Source: Methanobacteriota archaeon (GTDB lineage Archaea > Halobacteriota > Methanosarcinia > Methanosarcinales > Methanogasteraceae). From it: a stretch of 42,501 nucleotides of DNA. Shown here piece by piece: positions 36,902 through 42,501 of this stretch. The notes under the pieces are model-generated. The model had not been told where the DNA came from. It saw only the letters and a program-made list of their open reading frames with translations, and did no database searches. Both the position numbers and the translations under genes were made by a program. The stretch is taken from positions 1 to 42,501 of the forward strand of contig JAYEGI010000099.1 of assembly GCA_034659035.1 (NCBI GenBank), read 5' to 3'. Every line of letters begins with the position of its first letter. Position 1 is the first letter of the stretch.

Positions 36902-39536
36902 TGCCTTCAGAGGGGTATTCAAAGATCTGGACCGAAGTTTAATCTCATCCAACCGGTTCTATTCTGCTCACAGGCGAGGGAACGATCTGGAATTGCTGGA
37001 AGATCATTCGGAGCTATGTAGTGGATATTTCTTGCACATAATCGAGGAATTGGGACTTGAACCGATACTTGATGGATTGATATCCGATCTCTTTGGAGAA
37101 CAACAACAAACTGAAATCAAGCAGATTATATCATTTGCGATTTATTACCATGACATCGGAAAACTGAATCCAAACTTTCAAAAAGTGAAAGTAAAAGGAA
37201 TTAGAGCATCCGGGAACACTCGCCACAGCTTTTTTTCAGAAAGGGTGTTAACTTCGTTTCTCCTGAGAAAGTTTCCGGAATTAAGAGGAGCCATATACCT
37301 GGCTGTCAACGTCGTTCGGAGCCATCATGGAAGATTAAATGATTTTACTACAGACGATTATCTCGAAAGTTCTGAAGAAAGAGAGATAATCCAACAAATT
37401 CTTCAAATAACGAATATTGAGGAGATGACAATATCAGAAGATGATAAAAGAGAGTTTTTCAGGAATGGTTTGGACTGGCACAAAACCTTTCTGTTAGTCA
37501 AACTTCTGTACTCACTACTTGTCCTGAGCGACTCATATTCAACGATGCACTATGCATATTCCTTCAATAGAAAGTATCCTTTGAATACACTGGACCAAAA
37601 AATCCGAGAAAGGATGACAGAATCGTATTCGAGGATTCCTTATAACTCAAATATAGATAAAACGGAGTTTGATGGCAGTTCTCATTGTAGTACCATAAAC
37701 GAACTACGAAGAGCGATTTTGATCGAGAGCAGTAACCGCATGAAGAAACTTCTGAAGGATGATAATAGAATCTTCATGCTTTCTGTTCCAACCGGTGGCG
37801 GGAAGACAAACATCTCCATGAAACTGGCGCTAGATATTCTTGAGTACGATGGGACGATAAAACGGTTGTTTTACGTGTTTCCTTACATTAACATAATTGA
37901 ACAGAACTACAAAGCGATAGATGACGCGTTATTCGACAAAGCACTATTCCCTGATAAAATCGGTCTTGTTTCAGACATATATTCTCGTGCGTACATGGAT
38001 AAGTTCCCAGATGAAACAGATGAAGATTCGGTAGCAACCCTGAAAAGGATGATGATCATACGGGATGATAATTTCCTGAACAACTGTGTAAATGTGATAA
38101 CCAATGTAAATTTTTTTAATGGGATTATTAAAAATGGGGGGAATAACCGCTACAAAATCGCTAACCTGTGCAATAGCATAGTTATCATCGACGAGATACA
38201 AACATTGAGCGATAAAAATATCAGGACGTTTTATGATTTTATTAAGGAAACAAGTAGAGATTTGAATATTTATTATATCATTATGAGTGCCACGCTTCCG
38301 AGTTTCAATGATTTTCTCGATGATGTTGAAGTTCCGCAGATCATCGACGATCCCCCTAAATATTACACTCATCCAGTATTTAAGAGGAACGAAATCGTTT
38401 TCAAAAAAGATATCAAAGACATAAACGGAATAAAAGAATTGTTAATCGCAGAAATCAATAAAAATTATCGAACAGGAAACGTAAAGATTCTTGTTACCTT
38501 AAATGTGGTAGATACTTCGAGAAAAGTGTACGAAGAGTTAAAATCTGATAATAGATTCAAGGAGTTCTCTTTTTATTTGTTAAACAGTACTACACCGAGC
38601 TTGCGAAGGAAGAAGATGATTGAGGAGATTAAAGATAAAACAAAAGAAGAGAGCATGATGATTGTTTCGACACAATCCATAGAAGCCGGTGTTGATATTG
38701 ATTGTGACTTTGGGATCAGAGATTATTCCATATTGGATAGCATAGAACAGATATCCGGACGAATTAATAGAGAATGTAATGCACAAAAAGCATGCGTTTC
38801 AAAGCTGTTCGTCATAAAGTACAAAGATGGCAAGTTAGCAGATTCTAAGAAGGTCTATGCTGGCCATGAGCGGTATAAAATTTTAATCAATGACAAAATC
38901 GACCAAGAGTGTGTTGAACACATATTGGACTGCAAGCGATTCGACAAATATTATGAAGTTTTATCTGGAGAATTGAAAAAAGTCGCAAAAGATTCCTTTC
39001 CTATAACCAATCGTGAAATAGATGATTTGCACTATCAAACGATAAACAATACCTTAGATGTAATTGATGACAAATTAGACAAAGTAGATATTTTTGTGTG
39101 CGAGGATATCCCGATAGAGAGTTTGTCTGAGTATGATCGAATTAAAATTGAGTCTTTGATAAACGATTCGACGATACGAAAGTTAGAGAAGAGTCACAAA
39201 ATACTATCAGATGGAAAAATAATCACTGAGAATGTTTATTGGGTCTGGAAAGAAATCCTGATGTCGACAGATAAATTTGGAGACGTGTACATCAGAAGAA
39301 AAATTACCAGTCTACTTAACCAGTTCATCATTTCGATAACCAATGTAAAAAACAAAACATATGATCAAGACCTTTCGGGATATCTCCTAACAGGGGGGTT
39401 TGTTGAGAAAGATGAACAATTCGATATTATTTTATCAACACCAGCATTCTCTGAATATTATTCATTCGCTGATGGTTTAAGATCGGATAAATTAAAGGAA
39501 GCACTAAAAACCCCCTCGCTTGGTGTTATCATCTAA
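36891..39536 (+). CDS. cas3: Cas3 fused HD nuclease and SF2 helicase
   Basis: The track ORF starts at a GTG at 36876; ATGs at 36882 and 36891 overlap the cas5 end. HD motifs are YYHDIGKLNPNFQ and VRSHHGRL. Helicase motifs are VPTGGGKTN (I), IIDEIQ (II) and MSATLP (III). Confidence 0.9.
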   Translation: MSSDAFRGVFKDLDRSLISSNRFYSAHRRGNDLELLEDHSELCSGYFLHIIEELGLEPILDGLISDLFGEQQQTEIKQIISFAIYYHDIGKLNPNFQKVKVKGIRASGNTRHSFFSERVLTSFLLRKFPELRGAIYLAVNVVRSHHGRLNDFTTDDYLESSEEREIIQQILQITNIEEMTISEDDKREFFRNGLDWHKTFLLVKLLYSLLVLSDSYSTMHYAYSFNRKYPLNTLDQKIRERMTESYSRIPYNSNIDKTEFDGSSHCSTINELRRAILIESSNRMKKLLKDDNRIFMLSVPTGGGKTNISMKLALDILEYDGTIKRLFYVFPYINIIEQNYKAIDDALFDKALFPDKIGLVSDIYSRAYMDKFPDETDEDSVATLKRMMIIRDDNFLNNCVNVITNVNFFNGIIKNGGNNRYKIANLCNSIVIIDEIQTLSDKNIRTFYDFIKETSRDLNIYYIIMSATLPSFNDFLDDVEVPQIIDDPPKYYTHPVFKRNEIVFKKDIKDINGIKELLIAEINKNYRTGNVKILVTLNVVDTSRKVYEELKSDNRFKEFSFYLLNSTTPSLRRKKMIEEIKDKTKEESMMIVSTQSIEAGVDIDCDFGIRDYSILDSIEQISGRINRECNAQKACVSKLFVIKYKDGKLADSKKVYAGHERYKILINDKIDQECVEHILDCKRFDKYYEVLSGELKKVAKDSFPITNREIDDLHYQTINNTLDVIDDKLDKVDIFVCEDIPIESLSEYDRIKIESLINDSTIRKLEKSHKILSDGKIITENVYWVWKEILMSTDKFGDVYIRRKITSLLNQFIISITNVKNKTYDQDLSGYLLTGGFVEKDEQFDIILSTPAFSEYYSFADGLRSDKLKEALKTPSLGVII

Positions 39537-39620
39537 CTGATTTCACGTCCCGATGATGTTGGATTGTCGGGTATTGGGAACATCGACAACGTTTTAACCC
39601 GCTACAGATACTGGCATACT

Positions 39621-39974
39621 ATGACAGACATACAGATACCCCCGATGATGGAAAAAAAGATTCATGCGTTGATTGAGGCTAAATACTACCCCTCGATCTC
39701 AGAAGCAATTAAAGATGCCTTCAAAACGCTATTCGCAACAAAACCCACTCTTAAAATAATTTCAGCAATACATTTATACGCAAATAACGAAGTTTCGGTC
39801 TCAAAAGCAGTAGAGATTGCCGGAGTCAGTATCGACGAATTCAAGGAAATTTTGGCGAGTCGTGGTGTGAAACGGGAAATATATCCTGATGAAAGAATTA
39901 ATGAGAACGTAAGAATTATCCTAAAACACAATAACGAATTAGACCGCCTCAAGAACGCGTTCCACACTTCATAA
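39621..39974 (+). CDS. small RHH plus UPF0175-like (antitoxin-type HTH) DNA-binding protein
   Basis: The ATG at 39621 lies within track ORF 39564..39974. N-terminal IQIPPMMEKKIHALIEAKYYPSISEAIKDAFKTLF looks like a ribbon-helix-helix strand and helices. AIHLYANNEVSVSKAVEIAGVSIDEFKEILASRGV resembles UPF0175 family proteins. Confidence 0.55.
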   Translation: MTDIQIPPMMEKKIHALIEAKYYPSISEAIKDAFKTLFATKPTLKIISAIHLYANNEVSVSKAVEIAGVSIDEFKEILASRGVKREIYPDERINENVRIILKHNNELDRLKNAFHTS

Positions 39975-39991
39975 CCATCCAGCTCACACTC

Positions 39992-40735
39992 ATGCGCTCC
40001 AAAATCACCATCCGCAAAACCACACCCACCCCGATCCACTACGACTACCAGTACGGTATAGCAGCGATGCTCTACAAAAAACTCGCACACGCGAATATCC
40101 GCTTAGCAAACGAGATCCATTCACACACCGGATTTAAGTTCTACACATTTTCAAACCTGCTCTTCGATGACCGAATCCCCTCCCGCAACGGCCTCAATTT
40201 CGAGCAGGCTCACTTCTACCTCTCATCCCCCGACCCCGAGTTCATCCGAAGTTTCACAGAAGGACTCCTGCAAGCTCCCGAATTTTACCTCCGACGCACT
40301 GAAACAGGCAAAGAGCGTGCCAGTATCCTGATAGAAAGAATCGAGATCCTCCCAAAAGAGACGATCAGCGAGGTCTGCAAGTGGAAGGCGATCTCCCCGA
40401 TCTACGTGAAGACGCAGCGGCTGCAGGACGGGCGCCTCCGCGATTTCGATCTATATCCAAAGGATGGTAAATTCTATGAGAACCTGCACACGAACCTTGT
40501 AGCGCGTTATAAGGAATACCACGGGCATGATGTCCACCACGACCATTTCGAGGTCACTGACACCAGAAAAGTGAAAGCAAAGCGGATAAAGATCGCAAAT
40601 ACCTATCGTAGATGTTCGCTCATGGAGTTTGAGGTGCAGGGAAGTCCCGAGTTGCTTGAGTTTGCGTATGAGGCGGGAATCGGTGAGAAGAACGCGATGG
40701 GGTTTGGGTGTTTGCAGCGCACGGGATCTGAATAA
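39992..40735 (+). CDS. cas6: Cas6 CRISPR RNA endoribonuclease
   Basis: 247-aa ORF. Double-RAMP architecture with N-terminal YQYGIAAMLYKKL, FKFYTFSNL and the C-terminal glycine-rich loop GIGEKNAMGFGCL. GC-rich, unlike the upstream cas genes. Confidence 0.85.
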   Translation: MRSKITIRKTTPTPIHYDYQYGIAAMLYKKLAHANIRLANEIHSHTGFKFYTFSNLLFDDRIPSRNGLNFEQAHFYLSSPDPEFIRSFTEGLLQAPEFYLRRTETGKERASILIERIEILPKETISEVCKWKAISPIYVKTQRLQDGRLRDFDLYPKDGKFYENLHTNLVARYKEYHGHDVHHDHFEVTDTRKVKAKRIKIANTYRRCSLMEFEVQGSPELLEFAYEAGIGEKNAMGFGCLQRTGSE

Positions 40736-40940
40736 CCCAAACTCGCGACTCGTGCACTGCACTACACAAAGATCCAAGAATCCGTGCAGTGTAATACACG
40801 CCTATTTGAGCAAACATGCCAGTAAGATTCGTATCAGTAAGATTCGTGGTAATGATTACACTTCACAAAAAGAGAGACTTCGGACGGGAGATTGAGGTTT
40901 TTCACTGGCGCACTAAAATTAACAGCTTATTGATCCATTT

Positions 40941-41013
40941 CAGTTCTTCCCCTTGTCGATAGGTAGGAACAGAATCCTTATGTTCGTGTTCCTAAACTAT
41001 GAACCTTCCAGGG
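40941..41013 (-). pseudogene. relic of the promoter and first codons of an Arch_ATPase paralogue
   Basis: 40964-41013 matches 32737-32786 (the start region of the intact ATPase gene) at 43/50 positions, and 40941-49 equals 32713-21 exactly. The start codon ATG is changed to CTG, and the frame decays after about 10 codons. Confidence 0.6.
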
Positions 41014-41146
41014 CGCCTGCGACATCCATGCTGCCTGATTCAGAAACAGGTGCGAGTCCAAAGGACTGCTGCGATGGAGCGTACTCTGGTGACGGGTATG
41101 TTGATGTACAGAGAAGAACAGAACAGAAGACAGGATTGATAGTTAC

Positions 41147-41243
41147 GTGGTGACCGCGTATGACTGAAACAGAGACTCGTAGGAAACTCGACATTGATAT
41201 CGGGGGCTGTAAAGTGGTGACCGTGCATGACTGAAACAGAGAC
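41147..41243 (+). repeat. solitary repeat(30)-spacer(37)-repeat(30) unit with CRISPR-like geometry
   Basis: GTGGTGACCGCGTATGACTGAAACAGAGAC (41147-41176) and GTGGTGACCGTGCATGACTGAAACAGAGAC (41214-41243) are 28/30 identical. They are separated by the unique 37 nt TCGTAGGAAACTCGACATTGATATCGGGGGCTGTAAA, and their outer flanks are unrelated. The repeat itself is certain; a CRISPR relationship is unproven. Confidence 0.6.
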
Positions 41244-41871
41244 CCAACCAGGCGAGACAGAGATCAAACCGGAATTCGAATCCAAATTCGAATCTGAAAC
41301 AGTACCTGAACCCGAACTCGAAACCGGACCTGAGAACATATACGCGGGAATACAGTCCGGAGCCGTTCGCATAACAGGTGTTAAGATCGACTACTATCAC
41401 ATCTGCCACACCAAGCTCTGGCTCTTCTCGCACAACATCACGCTTGAGGCAGGTCACGAGAACGTAGAGATCGGCAAACAACTGCACAAGGATCGTTATA
41501 AGCGGGATGGCAAGGATGTAACGATCGATAACACGATAAGCATAGATTTTGTGCGGCGTGGCTCAAGCATCGAACTTCATGAGGTGAAGAAGACGAATAG
41601 GATGGCGGATGCGGACCGGGCGCAGTTGCTATTCTATATTTACTACTTAAAGCAGAGGGGCGTTTCTGCTGAAGGCGTGATCAACTATCCGTTGATCCGG
41701 GAGACTGTGCGGGTCACGCTGACTCCGGACGACGAGGCGGTTCTGCAACGCGACATCGAAGAGATCGAGAGAATCGTACAGGGGGGTATGCCGCATCCAA
41801 AGCGAAAGCGGATTTGTGCGAAGTGCGCATACATCGAATTCTGCTTCTGCGATGAGGCGGTGGACGAATGA
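41227..41871 (+). CDS. cas4: Cas4 (RecB-like nuclease with Fe-S cysteines) with an acidic N-terminal extension
   Basis: 214-aa ORF. The core starts near ITGVKIDYYHICHTKLW. It has ELHEVKK (the ExK part of the nuclease motif), QLLFYIYYL and the C-terminal CAKCAYIEFC cysteine cluster. The first 45 or so residues are low-complexity and acidic. Confidence 0.85.
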   Translation: MTETETQPGETEIKPEFESKFESETVPEPELETGPENIYAGIQSGAVRITGVKIDYYHICHTKLWLFSHNITLEAGHENVEIGKQLHKDRYKRDGKDVTIDNTISIDFVRRGSSIELHEVKKTNRMADADRAQLLFYIYYLKQRGVSAEGVINYPLIRETVRVTLTPDDEAVLQRDIEEIERIVQGGMPHPKRKRICAKCAYIEFCFCDEAVDE

Positions 41872-41917
41872 GGTGTACGCGAGTTGATATAATCGAGACA
41901 AGGAGGGAAACACCAGA

Positions 41918-42501
41918 TTGAGATCAGACTACTACATTCTACAGGACGGGATTCTGAAACGGAAGGAGAACACCGTATATTTCCATAACAAGGAAGGAAA
42001 ACGGGTTCTTCCGATCAACAAGATCTACTCGATATACGCTTACGGAAAACTGTCCTTCTCGTCAGGCGTTGTCTCATATCTTGCGAAGAATGGCATCCCG
42101 ATTCACTTCTTCAACTACTACGGATTCTACGAGGGCAGCATGTACCCGAGAGAGACGTTAATAAGCGGAGATCTCGTGATACATCAGGCAGCACACTATC
42201 TTGACAGCGAGAAGAGGGGATATCTTGCCGCGCAGTTCATCGAAGGCAGCTCTCGGAATATCCTCAAGAATCTTGGATACTACTCACGGAGCAAAGAGGG
42301 CGTGCAAGATGCGATTGACCGGTACATCGAGAAGATTGAGCGCGAGATCGCACGTCTTCCGAGCGCGAACACGATTCCTGAGATGATGAACGTCGAAGGA
42401 AGGATGCGCGACATCTACTACAGTGCGCTCGACGTGATATTCCCTGAAGAGTACAAGATCACAAAGCGCACCCGCCGCCCTCCGGAAAACCGGATGAACA
42501 C
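41918..42501 (+). CDS. cas1: Cas1 integrase (5' part; continues beyond the window)
   Basis: Not in the ORF track because there is no stop in the window. A TTG at 41918 lies 10 nt after AGGAGGG and the frame stays open to the window end. Translation is RSDYYILQDGILKRKENTVYF...NGIPIHFFNYYGFYEGSMYP...NVEGRMRDIYY, typical of type I-B Cas1. Confidence 0.9.
   Translation, partial: MRSDYYILQDGILKRKENTVYFHNKEGKRVLPINKIYSIYAYGKLSFSSGVVSYLAKNGIPIHFFNYYGFYEGSMYPRETLISGDLVIHQAAHYLDSEKRGYLAAQFIEGSSRNILKNLGYYSRSKEGVQDAIDRYIEKIEREIARLPSANTIPEMMNVEGRMRDIYYSALDVIFPEEYKITKRTRRPPENRMN

Noticed and set aside
40820-40847. A short tandem, CAGTAAGATTCGT repeated twice, in the cas6-cas4 gap
   Set aside because: Only two 13-nt units with a 2-nt gap, which is too short to interpret. 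It may belong to the decayed ATPase gene relic.
1-42501. Canonical multi-unit CRISPR array
   Set aside because: Scanning by eye found no run of three or more well-conserved 24-40-nt repeats with unique spacers. Only the solitary pair at 41147-41243 and weak periodic relics exist. An array may lie beyond cas1/cas2, outside the window.

Overview
This is an archaeal chromosome segment, most likely from a methanogen or methanotroph-type euryarchaeon. The evidence is archaeal r-proteins L18e and L13, RpoL, A1Ao ATP synthase genes, an archaeal-type RNase P RNA and a methanogenesis-marker gene cluster. All family assignments come from motif recognition by eye; no searches or folding programs were run.

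Positions 1 to about 30.3 kb are mainly housekeeping genes of moderate to high GC. They include larA-like, MscS-like, rpl18e-rpl13-KH protein, aroC, an mmp5-15-17-7 cluster and a DacZ-like diadenylate cyclase next to a phosphodiesterase. They also include two large PAS sensor kinases, tRNA-Ser(UGA), trkH, yjbQ, rpoL, atpH-I-K-E, pyrH and RNase P RNA. This part is interrupted by a very AT-rich island encoding a PD40-like lipoprotein with about 12 repeats, and by several copies or fragments of a MITE-like element of about 226 bp. One MITE copy has a clean 8-bp target-site duplication.

Positions 30.3 to 42.5 kb are an accessory mosaic. In order they hold an ACT-domain gene, a decayed COG1373-type ATPase, an intact AT-rich Arch_ATPase/DUF234 gene and a pseudogene copy of the ACT gene 3' end. 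A type I-B-like cas locus follows: cas8b-cas7-cas5-cas3, a small RHH/UPF0175-like gene, cas6, a 490-bp gap, cas4 and cas1 (truncated by the window end). The cas8b-to-RHH block is much more AT-rich than cas6/cas4/cas1, so the locus looks chimeric.

No canonical multi-unit CRISPR array is visible. The cas6-cas4 gap does contain a solitary 30-37-30 repeat-spacer-repeat unit with CRISPR geometry, and its second repeat supplies the cas4 start codon. This is the most interesting candidate for a regulatory or addiction-type RNA module.
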